Shown piece by piece: positions 27,279-37,556 of a DNA stretch of 64,000 nucleotides. Position 1 is the first letter of the stretch. Each line of letters starts with the position of its first letter. A program made the position numbers and the translations under genes. Origin of the DNA: Candidatus Latescibacterota bacterium (GTDB lineage Bacteria > Latescibacterota > UBA2968 > UBA8231); contig OZ242214.1 in the NCBI GenBank assembly GCA_965206595.1, positions 3,584,001 through 3,648,000 on the forward strand. The letters run 5' to 3'. The notes beneath the pieces are model-generated. The model was not told where the DNA came from. It saw only the letters and a list, made by a program, of their open reading frames with translations, and ran no database searches.

Positions 27279-28240
27279 AGACGGCCCTCAACACCCTGCT
27301 CAAGCTCGCGGTCAGCATCGGCCTGCTGTACTACCTCGCCCTCCAGACCGATCTCGGGGGACTCGGCGCCGCCTTCGCCGCGACGGTGCCGTCGCTGTTC
27401 CTGCTCGCCGTCGCCTTTTTCGTGGTCAGCAACGGCCTGGGAGCCTGCCAGTGGTACCTGCTGCTGCGCGCCCACCGGCTGCCGATAGGCTACGGCCAGG
27501 CAACGGTCTTCTACCTGACCGGGGTGTTCTTCAACAACGTCCTGCTCGGCAACATCGGCGGAGACGCCCTGCGCATCTACGACGTCCGCCGGCTCACCGG
27601 GCGCACCATCGGCGCCGCGGCGGCGACCTTCATGGACCGCTTCGTCGGCCTGCTGGCCACCTGCTCGCTGGCGTTGATCGCCTGCTTCACAGTTCCCGAG
27701 GTCAGGGTCCCCGGCGTGATCTCCGTTCTCGTTCCGATCTGGGGCGCCCTCGTCCTGCTGCTGGCGATGGGATTGAGCGGGCGGATCGGGCGCTTCCTCG
27801 AGATCATGGCCACCCGCCTCCTTCCCGACCGCATCGGCCGCAAGGCCAGCAGCCTGCGGGAGAGCATGGCAGTTTACCGCAGCAAGGGCTGGCTGCTTCT
27901 CGGGGTCTGGGTCGTTGCCCTCGGCGTCCAGTTCTCCCGCGTCCTCGTGTATTGGTCGGCGGGGCTGGCGGCCGGCCTGCACGCCGGGTTGATCTATTTC
28001 ATCGCCTTCCAACCTGTCGCCGCGGTCATCGCCGCCCTGCCGATTTCGATCGGGGGCTTGGGGGTACGCGAGAACATCTTCGTCGAGCTGTTCGGCTCTG
28101 TCGGCGCCCCCGAGAGCCGGGCGTTCGCGATGTCCCTTCTGGGGTACGCGGCCGGTGTCGTCGCCAGTCTCCTGGGGGGGGTCGCCTTCGTCGTCCGCCG
28201 GGTGCAGCGAGCAGATTCCGCGGACGACACGGAGCGGTGA
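27275..28240 (+). CDS. Lysylphosphatidylglycerol-synthase TM / flippase-like membrane protein (UPF0104)
   Basis: TTG start overlapping the GT2 stop; FFNNVL.GNIGGD..R, DRFVGL, LPISIGGLGVRE. Confidence 0.85.
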   Translation: MKTALNTLLKLAVSIGLLYYLALQTDLGGLGAAFAATVPSLFLLAVAFFVVSNGLGACQWYLLLRAHRLPIGYGQATVFYLTGVFFNNVLLGNIGGDALRIYDVRRLTGRTIGAAAATFMDRFVGLLATCSLALIACFTVPEVRVPGVISVLVPIWGALVLLLAMGLSGRIGRFLEIMATRLLPDRIGRKASSLRESMAVYRSKGWLLLGVWVVALGVQFSRVLVYWSAGLAAGLHAGLIYFIAFQPVAAVIAALPISIGGLGVRENIFVELFGSVGAPESRAFAMSLLGYAAGVVASLLGGVAFVVRRVQRADSADDTER

Positions 28241-28244
28241 TCCG

Positions 28245-29396
28245 ATGGCGGTACGGCTCGGGAACGAGCGCCTCTTCGACGACGCCCTCGAGCTCATCGC
28301 GGGCCGTCGGGTCGGCCTGGTCACCAATCCCACAGGGGTCGACTCCTGCCTGCGCTCGACCGCGGACCGCCTGCACGCCGAGCCCGCCACCGAGCTAGCG
28401 GCGCTTTTCGGCCCCGAGCACGGCATCCGCGGCGACGCCGAAGACGGAGTCGCCGTAACGGACGAAGTCGACCGCCGCACCGGAGTGCCGGCGATCAGCC
28501 TCTACGGCTCCACTCGCACGCTGCAAAGCTCCATGCTCGACGGCATCGATGCTCTCCTGTTCGACATGCAGGACGTCGGCGCGCGCTTCTACACTTACCT
28601 GTACACCATGAGCGCCGCCATGAAAGCTTGCGCCGGTCGCGGCGTGCGGTTCGTCCTGCTCGACCGCCCGAATCCGATCGGCGGCGAGTTGCTGGAGGGA
28701 AATCTCCTCGACCCTGCCTTCTCGTCGTTCGTCGGCCGCTTCCCCATTCCGGTCCGCTACGCGCTGACGATCGGTGAGATCGCCACCCTCTTCAACGAGG
28801 TCCACGGCATCGGCGCCGAGCTGCATGTCGTGGAGCTGCGAGGATGGAGGCGGTCGATGGCCTGGGAAGAGACCGGGCTGCAGTGGGTGGCCCCTTCTCC
28901 GAACATGCCGACTCCGCAGACTGCGGCCCTGTACCCGGGCACCTGCTTCTTCGAGGGAACCAACCTCTCGGAGGGCCGCGGAACCACGCGGCCCTCCGAG
29001 CTCATCGGAGCCCCGTTCGTCGACGGCTTCGCGCTCGCCGATGCGATGAACGATCTCGCGATTCCCGGGGCGCGATGGCGGCCGGTCTTCTTCACGCCGT
29101 CGTTCGGCAAGCACGCCGGGGAGCGCTGCGGCGGAGTGCAGCTGCACGCCCTCTCCCCCTGCCTGCGCCCCGTGGCCGCGGCCTTCCACCTGCTGGCCAC
29201 GGCGAAAAGCCTGTTCCGGAAGGGCTTCGAGTGGAACCTTCCGGCCCGGGGCATCCACAACTTCGACAAGCTCGCCGGCAGCGACAGGGTCCGCCTCGAG
29301 CTCGACGACGGCACCCCGGTCGCCGAGCTGCTCGCCGTTTGGGAGCGGGAGCGGCGGCCGTTCGCGCAGGTGCGGGAGCGGTTCCTGCGCTATTAA
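28245..29396 (+). CDS. namZ: Exo-beta-N-acetylmuramidase NamZ (DUF1343)
   Basis: VGLVTNPTG, FGPEHGIRG, DMQDVGARFYTY, LDRPNP, PSPNMP, SEGRGTT. Confidence 0.9.
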   Translation: MAVRLGNERLFDDALELIAGRRVGLVTNPTGVDSCLRSTADRLHAEPATELAALFGPEHGIRGDAEDGVAVTDEVDRRTGVPAISLYGSTRTLQSSMLDGIDALLFDMQDVGARFYTYLYTMSAAMKACAGRGVRFVLLDRPNPIGGELLEGNLLDPAFSSFVGRFPIPVRYALTIGEIATLFNEVHGIGAELHVVELRGWRRSMAWEETGLQWVAPSPNMPTPQTAALYPGTCFFEGTNLSEGRGTTRPSELIGAPFVDGFALADAMNDLAIPGARWRPVFFTPSFGKHAGERCGGVQLHALSPCLRPVAAAFHLLATAKSLFRKGFEWNLPARGIHNFDKLAGSDRVRLELDDGTPVAELLAVWERERRPFAQVRERFLRY

Positions 29397-29486
29397 GGTG
29401 CCGGAGGGCGCGACCACTGGGCGGCTCCTTGCACCGGCGGCCCGGCTCCCTATCATTTGGACACCTCTCAACCTCCCCACTCCCCC

Positions 29487-30074
29487 ATGCCCGCTCCCCT
29501 GAAGGCAGGAACCTTCCTCATCGCTTCCCTCGGACTGGAGGACCCGTGCTTCAGCCGCACGGTGGTCCTCATCCTCCAGCACCGTCCGGACCAGACCCTT
29601 GGCGTAATCGTCAACCGTCCGCTCGGAGAGCGGGTCAGGATGTACCCCGCGGAGGAGCTGCGAACCCTGGCCAACGGACTCGAGTCGGGCCGCAAGCCGG
29701 ACGGAATGTTCTACCAGGGAGGACCGGTGGAGCCGAACTCCCTCATCTTCCTGCACCGCCTCGGCAGCGCCGGAGAAGACGCCACCTGCATCTGCGACGG
29801 CCTCTACGCGGGCGGCGATCTCGACATCCTGCGCGGCTGCATGCCGGACCTCGACAGCGACAGCCCCTTGTTGCGGTTCTACCTCGGGTACGCCGACTGG
29901 GCCCCCGGACAGCTCGAGAACCAGATCGCCCTGGGCGCCTGGATCCTCAGCGAGGCGAACATCGACCTGGTCTTTTCCGAAGAGCCGGAGAGCATCTGGC
30001 AGCAGGCCATGCACGCCCTGGGGGGCAAGTACGCCCCGATGTCGTTCATTCCCGAAGACCCATCCCTGAACTGA
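29487..30074 (+). CDS. YqgE/AlgH family protein
   Basis: FLIA..L.DP.F.RTV, GVIVNRP, GGPV, FYLGYADW..GQLE; alternative start 29457. Confidence 0.9.
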   Translation: MPAPLKAGTFLIASLGLEDPCFSRTVVLILQHRPDQTLGVIVNRPLGERVRMYPAEELRTLANGLESGRKPDGMFYQGGPVEPNSLIFLHRLGSAGEDATCICDGLYAGGDLDILRGCMPDLDSDSPLLRFYLGYADWAPGQLENQIALGAWILSEANIDLVFSEEPESIWQQAMHALGGKYAPMSFIPEDPSLN

Positions 30075-30231
30075 ACCCGCGGTAACCCCGGGTGAATCCC
30101 GACACCGGGAGCGTCCCGTTCCGGCGCGAGGAGACGGGGTCCGACCTGGTTCCACGGCCCTCTCGCCCGAAGGCGGTGGCGCGCCTGGTTTGGCCGTGGT
30201 TATCGCTGGGCGCCCTCGAAAGAGCGGGGTT

Positions 30232-31188
30232 TCAGCAGATCAGGCCGCGCTTGGAGTGGATGCCGTGCGCAGGCGGGTCGTCTCCTATCCAGCGCTCGTC
30301 CACCGGCTCGCTGGCGAGCTGGTAACGGGTGTCGGATGACAGGCGGATGCGGCAGGTGTGGTTGTCGGTGCTGGCGTGCATGGTGAACATGCTGAAGACG
30401 AGCAGATCCCCCATGCGGTATTCGGAGGTCAGCCAGCGTCCTCCGAGCTGTTCCCGCAGTTCGAGGGCGTCGGCGAAGTGGCCCCGGGAATCCCAGCGGA
30501 TCTCCTGGTGCTCCTCGGCAGTGAGCTGGCGGTTCTCCGAGCGCGCCCGGGCGACGATGGCGTCCGCCTCCCCTTCCTCGCAGTAGGCGTCGACGTCGGT
30601 GCGGGCGTAGCCGTCGTGGATCTCCTCCCGCTGGTGCGAGTCCTCGAGAATCATCAGGCCGCCCATGCTCAGCGGGATGTCTCCGAGCGGAGTCCAGGAG
30701 GTGAAGAGATTCCGGGTGCCGCGCCCCATGAACACGATGTCGCAGTGGGGCTGCGTGGCGTTGGCGCGGTTCGGGGCCTTGGCGCGGAACCAGGTGTAAT
30801 CGAAATGCCTCACCGGGCCGCCGAGAAAGAGCTCGTAGAACTCGATCATCCGCCCGCTGTACACGACCGCGTCCAGCTCGGGGTTGTCCCTGGCGAGGTC
30901 GGGCGAGAAGCCGCTCTCGACTCCCGGCTTCAGCACCCCCTCCTCCAGCGGGTGGGAGTGGTCGATCAGGCCTCTTTCGGAGAGCCGTGACAGCACCGAC
31001 ATCCTCGCGGCCATGACCTGCTCCCGGTCGAGGAAGCCCGGAAGGTAGAGGTAGCCGTCGCGAGCCATGCTTCTGTGCAACGCCTCCCTGTCGGCGAGGA
31101 CGCACGAGGCGTCCTGCAGCTCGCCGAGGAGGGCGGAATCGATGGCGGCCCCTTGGTAGGTGAGAAGCTGTTCGGAGTCTTCGGGCAT
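30232..31188 (-). CDS. Phytanoyl-CoA dioxygenase family Fe(II)/2OG enzyme
   Basis: DGYLYL, HxD (PHCD), WTPLGD, GGL, distal MHAS, RLSSDTRY. Confidence 0.85.
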   Translation of the reverse strand: MPEDSEQLLTYQGAAIDSALLGELQDASCVLADREALHRSMARDGYLYLPGFLDREQVMAARMSVLSRLSERGLIDHSHPLEEGVLKPGVESGFSPDLARDNPELDAVVYSGRMIEFYELFLGGPVRHFDYTWFRAKAPNRANATQPHCDIVFMGRGTRNLFTSWTPLGDIPLSMGGLMILEDSHQREEIHDGYARTDVDAYCEEGEADAIVARARSENRQLTAEEHQEIRWDSRGHFADALELREQLGGRWLTSEYRMGDLLVFSMFTMHASTDNHTCRIRLSSDTRYQLASEPVDERWIGDDPPAHGIHSKRGLIC

Positions 31189-31355
31189 GGGATTCCCTTC
31201 TTTTTCGAGGAATTTTCCCAAACTAACGCCGGCCTCCTGGCGGTCAAGAAACCGATCCCGCCGCGGGCCCTTTTCTCACCGGGACCACACTTTTATCTTT
31301 GGCTCATTCCCCCGCGGTTCTCCCCGACTTCACCCCCGAAACTGTTCGAGGATTC

Positions 31356-32504
31356 ATGTTAGTTCGCCTGGTTGCAGTATGTCTTCTCGGCGCCCTCGGC
31401 GGCTCGATGCTGCCGCAGCCGGCGCCGGCGCTCGTTCCTCCCACCTGGGATGGAAGCCCTCCTTTCGCCGCGGCCATTCTCGTCGAAGCAAGTACCGGCA
31501 AGGTCCTGTTCGAGCACCACGCGCGCGCCCCGCGCTCACCTGCCAGCACCCTCAAGCTGCTGCTGCAGCTCCTGGTCATGGAAGGGGTCGCCGACGGCCG
31601 CATCGCCCTCTCCGACTCGGTCTACATCTCCGCCGAGGCGAGCCGCACCGGGGGTTCGCAGGTGTACCTCAAGGAGGGGGAGGTGTTCTCCCTCGGAGAG
31701 CTGATGGAGACGATCGTCATCGCCTCGGCCAACGACGCCTGCGTGGCCGTCGCCGAGCACATCGGCGGCACCGAGCAGGGTTTCGTCGACCTGATGAACA
31801 GCAAAGCCGCGGTCCTGGGGTTGAAGGGGACGCGCTTCGTCAACGTTCACGGACTCGACAACACGCCGACGACGAAGGGCAACGTCACCACCGCGGCCGA
31901 CCTCGCTGCCGTCGCCAGGGAGATCGTCGCCTACGACGACATCATCGAGTGGTCCAAGGTCCGCCAAGCGCCGTTTCGCAACGGCACCTTCATCCTCCGG
32001 GCGACCAACAAGCTGCTGGGCAAATTCAGCGGTCTCGACGGACTCAAGACCGGCTACACCAAGCGTGCCGGGTACTGTCTCGTGGCCACCGCCGAGCGCC
32101 GCCGGATGCGCCTCATCTCGGTGATCCTGGGATCGGAGACGGGAAAAGCCCGCTACCGCGAAACCAGGCGCATCCTCGACTGGGGATTCAACCACTTTTC
32201 CCGGGTGGCGATCGTCAATTCCGGAGACCCGGTCGCCGCGGTCGCCCTCGATTGGGGCGTCGAACCGGAAGTCGCCGCGGTGGCCACCGACTCCGTTGTG
32301 GCGGTGCTCGGCAACGAGGAGGTCCGCGGAATCCGCAAGGAGGTCGAGATCGACTCCGAGCGGGCCGCCCCGGTCGCCGAGGGTGACTCCCTCGGCACTC
32401 TCAGGGTGACGACCGGCGAGACCCTGCTGGCCGCCGTCGACCTGGTAGCGCAAAAAACGGTGCAGCGCATGTCGCTGTGGGAAATACTGATGAGCTACTT
32501 CTGA
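31356..32504 (+). CDS. dacA: D-alanyl-D-alanine carboxypeptidase (peptidase S11)
   Basis: SxxK (ASTLK), SxN (SAN), KTG, PBP5-like C-terminal domain. Confidence 0.9.
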   Translation: MLVRLVAVCLLGALGGSMLPQPAPALVPPTWDGSPPFAAAILVEASTGKVLFEHHARAPRSPASTLKLLLQLLVMEGVADGRIALSDSVYISAEASRTGGSQVYLKEGEVFSLGELMETIVIASANDACVAVAEHIGGTEQGFVDLMNSKAAVLGLKGTRFVNVHGLDNTPTTKGNVTTAADLAAVAREIVAYDDIIEWSKVRQAPFRNGTFILRATNKLLGKFSGLDGLKTGYTKRAGYCLVATAERRRMRLISVILGSETGKARYRETRRILDWGFNHFSRVAIVNSGDPVAAVALDWGVEPEVAAVATDSVVAVLGNEEVRGIRKEVEIDSERAAPVAEGDSLGTLRVTTGETLLAAVDLVAQKTVQRMSLWEILMSYF

Positions 32505-32759
32505 ATCCCGCCGGGGTGAAGTGAAGCGCACCCCACCTTGTGATTCGCCGCAGGCCGGGTGGCCGGTTGCGGCGCCATCTGGCCTCGGGATTCCACCTGT
32601 TACCACGGGTGTTTCCGGGGTCAACTCGTGATCCTGTGACCTCCCGATCGGTAGACGTCCCTTCCGAAAGGTGGCTTCGGCGCTGGCTGGCGCGCCTGGA
32701 ATTCCTTGATTTAAAATAGCTCCCGGTTCCTTGCACCTGAGACACCGGAGGGTCTCCGC

Positions 32760-34415
32760 ATGATCCACGAAGCCCTGCTCCACATCGGATTGCTGGTCGT
32801 CGTAGCCAAGCTCGCCGAGGGTCTCCTGCGGCGCATCGGCCTGATCTCCATCGTCGCCTACACCCTGGCCGGGGTCCTGCTGGGGCCGGTAGCCGGAATC
32901 GTCGAGCCGACGAGTGAAATCGAGCTCTTCCTCGGCATTGGCGTCTTCGTCCTCTTCTTCCTGATCGGCCTCGATGAAATCGACATTCCCGGCTTCATGG
33001 CGACGATCCGAGGCCGCTTCTTCATCGCCGGTGCCCTGTCGGTCGTCATCTCCGTCCTCGTCTCCTGCTGGTCACCTCGGACTTCCTCGGCGTCGATTTC
33101 GCCCTCAATCTCGAATTCACCAAGGCGCTCTGTCTCGCCGGCATCCTCTCGTTGTCCAGCCTCGGCATCGTCGCCAAGGTTTTGTCCGACAAGGGACTGC
33201 TAAAGGAGCTGATAGGCCTGAGGATATTCACCGCGGTCATCATCGCCGAGGTGATCAGCCTGCTGGTGGTGGGCGTCACCATTGGCGAGCTCGATCACGA
33301 CCACAGCGTGGTCGGTCTGTTGGTCCTGCTGGGAGAGATTGCCGGCTTCGTGGTGCTGACCTGGATCATCTCGGCAAAGGTGCTTCCCCGGGCCATAGCC
33401 CTCCTGCAGCGCCTGATCGACGTTCCCGAGCTCTCGTTTCGGGCTGTTGATGGGAGGCCTCTTCCTGGTGGTCGTGGGGGCCGAGGAGATCGGGCTGCAC
33501 GGGTCCCTGGGGGCGCTGCTCTTCGGGGCTTCCCTGTCGGGGCTGCCCAACCGCATGCGCCACGACATCATGCCCGGCCTGCGCAGCACCGCGGAGGGGC
33601 TGTTCGTTCCCCTCTTCTTCGCCTCGGCCGGCCTGCACCTCGATTTCTCCTTTGTCGGCCTTCCGGCACCGACCGTCGCCGCCCTGCTGTTCGTCCCGAT
33701 GCTGGGAAAGCTGGCAGGCGCCTACATCGGCATCGTTCTGGCGCGGCTGGACACGCCGCTGGTCCTGACCACGGGGCTGATGGCGAAAGGGGTGGCCGAG
33801 ATCGCCCTCCTTCTCGTCCTGCTCGAGACCGGCGTCCTCGATCAGAGCATTTTTTCGCTGCTCGTTCTCATCATGTTCGCATACATCCTGCTGACGCCCC
33901 AGATCATCGGCTTCGCGGTCAGCCGGGCAAAGGAGACGGCAGGTGCAGCGACCCCCCGCACCGTGCCCCCTTCCTTCGCCCGCCACGCTCTCGACGGCGT
34001 CGTGGTGAACTCCGTCATGGACCGGACGCGCTCCTATCCCGGCCCGGAACTGTCGGTGAGGGACTTCGCAGACGGCTGGATCGTGCCGAACCAGCACGAC
34101 TACGTCGTCGTCGACGAGGGGGTTCCCGTGGGAGTGCTGCCTCTGACCCGGCTGATCTTCCTGCGCAAAGGTTCCTGGGAGACTACCCAGCTGAGCTCCG
34201 TTCTGCGCCGGAACATCCCCAAGGCCTGGCCCGACGAGCCGATCGACGACGTGCTCGAACGGATGGCGGACAATTCGCTGACGATCATTCCGGTCATGGA
34301 ACGGGAATCGGACAAGTTCCTGGGTACGGTCACCAGCCATGACGTCCTAGACCTGATGGTGCTGATGGACCAGATCCAGGACGAGGTCCAGCGGCAAGGT
34401 ACGGAGGAGGGTTGA
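32760..34415 (+). pseudogene. Cation:proton antiporter (CPA2) with C-terminal CBS pair, broken by two 1-bp indels
   Basis: Track ORFs 32760, 33152 and 33447 carry consecutive parts; -1 near 33063 and +1 near 33437; may be sequencing error. Confidence 0.7.
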
Positions 34416-34539
34416 GGTGTCCCAAGGAGTGTCCTGGCTGGCCGCCAGAACGTTGGCAGAGTCCGTTGGGACGAGATTCAACAAGGATCAAGCCCAAGTT
34501 TATGGCGGAGCGCGCAATTATTTGTTACTTACGGATTCA

Positions 34540-34731
34540 ATGCGAAGGCCTCAATCGCATCATCCGCATGGTCAAGAACCGCGCCAGTGGATTTAAAACT
34601 CTCGATGCATTGCCGATCTGATTTACATGTGCGTCGGAGACCTCGATATCCCTCTGCAGATCCCGGGCGGCTTCCGTACAATACAGTATGAAACCCTCAA
34701 AATCTCTCTCTGTACATGCTAAAAATTGTCC
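34540..34731 (+). mobile_element. ISL3-family transposase C-terminal remnant
   Basis: CEGLNRIIRMVKNRASGFKTLDA, then frameshifted ADLIYMCVGDLDIPLQIP, resembles the ISL3 C-terminal EGxNxxIKxxKxxAxGF motif; AT-rich surroundings. Confidence 0.6.
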
Positions 34732-34734
34732 TTC

Positions 34735-34764
34735 GAAAAACCGCGGATATGGCCGCGGTTTTTC
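34735..34764. terminator. Bidirectional terminator-like hairpin
   Basis: GAAAAACCGCGG-ATATGG-CCGCGGTTTTTC perfect 12-bp inverted repeat. Confidence 0.6.
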
Positions 34765-35315
34765 ACTTACGTGTCGCCTGGAATCGAATGGGTAGAACAC
34801 TTCGAGCGTTACTCTTCCTGTTTCAGAAATGGAAGATTTTCTGGTTGACGGTTTTCGGCGTCTTCAGGCAGCCGAAGAACCCGGGTTTCTCTATTGGCTC
34901 AGAAAGTCGCATGGCGAATGTTCCCCTCGGAGTCACAACCATGAACCCGACTTTCCGCAGCCAAGAGGACCACATGGGCACCCGTCACGCGCGGCATTCT
35001 CATGCGGATTCTTTGAATGCCTACCAGTTCAAGCGAGCTCGGGGCGTCTTCGCCGTCTCCTCCCTCAACCTCATCCCAGAGTGCGATCACCTCCTCCAGT
35101 CGCAGCAGCCGGCGTGCCGCCTCGATGTCGGCCTCGTGTTACAAGATGGAATTCTCATTGTGTTATAACCCTGTCAGATGCCTTTTGTTTCCTCTACCCT
35201 CAGAAATAGCGTGCCAGCTTCAACGACAGACCGGGCTCCACCTCGTCGAACGGAGTGACCCAGTTTTCGCCGCTCAGCCCAAAATCGCCTGCCATGGGGC
35301 AACGGGGGCACGCTC

Positions 35316-35344
35316 TTGACCGTGCCCCCCGGCTACTCTAGCTT
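35316..35344 (+). promoter_or_regulatory. sigma70-type promoter of tRNA-Val(GAC)
   Basis: TTGACC-N17-TAGCTT ending 10 nt before the tRNA. Confidence 0.65.
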
Positions 35345-35354
35345 GAATGACCCG

Positions 35355-35431
35355 GGGCGATTAGCTCAGTTGGTTAGAGTGCCTGCTTGACATGCAGGAG
35401 GTCACTGGTTCAATTCCAGTATCGCCCACCA
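35355..35431 (+). tRNA. tRNA-Val (GAC)
   Basis: GGGCGAT/ATCGCCC acceptor stem, anticodon arm CCTGC-TTGACAT-GCAGG, T-loop GGTTCAATTCC, encoded CCA. Confidence 0.97.
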
Positions 35432-35439
35432 TTGAATCT

Positions 35440-35471
35440 GCAACCCCCCCATTCGCGGGGGGTTGCTTTTT
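35440..35471 (+). terminator. Intrinsic terminator after tRNA-Val(GAC)
   Basis: GCAACCCCCC...GGGGGGTTGC followed by TTTTT. Confidence 0.8.
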
Positions 35472-37443
35472 ATGTACGCGCCCCCCAGCGGGCGGCCTCC
35501 CGGCGCAAACCCGGCAGCTCATCTCCCCTGCCGGCGCGGCGCAGGATTCGATCCGCGAGCTTGTACACCTGCGGCATCAGCGGATCGATTGCGATCGCCG
35601 CTTGAATGTGAGCCCAAGCGCGGTCGTGCTTTCCCAGATCGTCCAGTCGAAGGGCGACGTTGTAGCGAATCGTGCGCGAGTCGTGGGCGATCTCCGCGGC
35701 GCGCTCGAAAGCGAGGACCGCCTCCTCCTTGTCCCCCCTGAACAGCAGGTTTTCTCCCCTTTTGAACCAGTAGTTCGCCTGAATGATCCGCGCCCAGGGA
35801 TCGGCCAGGTTTCCCGCCGCCGCCGCGTCGGTGGTATCCGGGAACACCTTTTCCTCGGGGAGCCTGGCTCCGCTCTTCAGCACCCGGTACGACAGCCCTG
35901 CCGGAACGAAATCGAACCCTTTCGCGGGAAGATCGCGGGGCACGAGAAAATGGACCGCCCTGCCGGTGACCGACTCCTCGACGAGGCGTTTCAACAAACG
36001 TCGACGCACCCGCGCCTTTTCACGCGGCCCCAGGTGGCGCGCGCTCAGGGGAAGGATGTCCTCTCCCCTTCCGGCCCGCATGTACAGAGTCACGTCCGGC
36101 CTCGCTTCCTCCACTCTGTGCAGGTAGTCGACGATGAAGCTGGCGTCGTCTCCCTCGGTTATCAGAATGGCGTTCCTCGGCAGCTGGGCGAGGATGTCCA
36201 TTCCGTACCGGTGGGCGAGGCGAATGCCGCTGCGGTCCGCCTCGCGGAAATTCATCGCAACGACGGCCGCCACCACGGCAACCGAAACGGCCACCGGAAT
36301 TCCCCCCCGACCGATGACTCGTCCCAGTCTGGCGCTGAGATCGTCCAGCCCGTAGGCGATGAAAACCGCGGCACCGAGAAAGCTGAGCAGGAAGAAGACG
36401 CCGATCCCGTTCGGGTCGCGGTGATAGTTGAGAGCCACTCCGAGGTTTATCAGGACCGTGCTGCCGACAACCCAGGCCACCGTCCCGTCGCGGCGGGCGC
36501 TGACCCACAGACCCCAGACCGCGGCGAGACAGAGCACAGGGGTGTACGCGGAAAACAGATGCTCCAGCCAGCGGCCTGCGTTGAGCAGGATGCCGCTTGC
36601 CGGCATGGTGAAAAAGGCGAAGCGGTACTCGGCGCCGGTGATGTGGTCCCAGAACTGGGCGGGGGTGTCCACGGGGCCCCAGTGGAATCCGGTGCCCAAG
36701 GTGGAGCGGATCGGCAGGTACAGCACCAGGCTGTAGCCGAGGACGGCAGCTGCCGCAACCTTGGCGGCCATCCGCGCCATCTCTGCTACCCTCGCTGCAG
36801 GAGGCCGGTGCGTTCCCCCCCGGTACCAATGCCACCCCCACGCCGACAGCAGTCCGGGCAGAATCAGGGACTGGCTCAGGTGGGTCGTCAGCGCCACTCC
36901 GGCAACATAGCCCCCCAGCATCAGGTTTCGGGCGTACGGGGTCTCCGCCGCCCGCAACCCCAGCCAGATCATTGCCACGGTGCCGAGCATGCTCGCGCCA
37001 TACACCTCGGCGACGACGGCGTTGCTCCAGAAGGTCCCGGAAAAACCGAACAGGAGCGAGCCGGCCAGACAGATCCAGGGATGACAGCCCCGGTCTCTCA
37101 GGAACGCCGCAAGCCCCGCGACCGCCAGGGCGGCAGTGAACGCGGAGGCGACGTTGATCCGGTAGGCGACGCTGTCGAACGGCAGCAGGGCGGAAAACAG
37201 GCGCCCTGTGAGGACGAACAGAGGATATCCGGTCGGGTGGGGCGTGCCGAGGGCGTGCACCGCGCCGATCAGCTCACCCGAACCCTCCACATAGACGGTC
37301 GGGCACAGGGTAGCGAGATAGGCGGCAAAAGAGATGACGAAGGCGAGCACCGCCGGGGGCCATTGGCTGGAGCGAATCATCAAGGCTGGAGGGGAGTGCG
37401 GGCAGGAATTCCTGGAGGCGACCGGCGCGAACCATTCCGTCAT
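35470..37443 (-). CDS. Second DUF2723 (TMEM260-like) membrane glycosyltransferase with C-terminal TPR
   Basis: TVYVEGSGELI, GTPHPTGYPL, FWSNAVVAEVY, EGDD; start may be 37380. Confidence 0.8.
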   Translation of the reverse strand: MTEWFAPVASRNSCPHSPPALMIRSSQWPPAVLAFVISFAAYLATLCPTVYVEGSGELIGAVHALGTPHPTGYPLFVLTGRLFSALLPFDSVAYRINVASAFTAALAVAGLAAFLRDRGCHPWICLAGSLLFGFSGTFWSNAVVAEVYGASMLGTVAMIWLGLRAAETPYARNLMLGGYVAGVALTTHLSQSLILPGLLSAWGWHWYRGGTHRPPAARVAEMARMAAKVAAAAVLGYSLVLYLPIRSTLGTGFHWGPVDTPAQFWDHITGAEYRFAFFTMPASGILLNAGRWLEHLFSAYTPVLCLAAVWGLWVSARRDGTVAWVVGSTVLINLGVALNYHRDPNGIGVFFLLSFLGAAVFIAYGLDDLSARLGRVIGRGGIPVAVSVAVVAAVVAMNFREADRSGIRLAHRYGMDILAQLPRNAILITEGDDASFIVDYLHRVEEARPDVTLYMRAGRGEDILPLSARHLGPREKARVRRRLLKRLVEESVTGRAVHFLVPRDLPAKGFDFVPAGLSYRVLKSGARLPEEKVFPDTTDAAAAGNLADPWARIIQANYWFKRGENLLFRGDKEEAVLAFERAAEIAHDSRTIRYNVALRLDDLGKHDRAWAHIQAAIAIDPLMPQVYKLADRILRRAGRGDELPGLRREAARWGART

Positions 37444-37556
37444 GGGAGGGCGGAACGGAGTCGTTTGCCAGGCAACCGCCGCCCGGGGCGTCTCGATGTC
37501 CGTGCACGTGAGGATTTCAGCGAAAGCATCAGCTCCTCTTGGACGGACAAGGCCGG

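Noticed and set aside
32501-32759. Possible c-di-AMP or ion-sensing riboswitch before the CBS antiporter (CTGAATCC present)
   Set aside because: The conserved 3' GTCAGCTAAC-type segment is missing; needs an Rfam scan.
34716-35319. Small ORFs between the ISL3 remnant and tRNA-Val(GAC)
   Set aside because: No recognisable motif, clear RBS or consistent codon bias; treated as degraded sequence.
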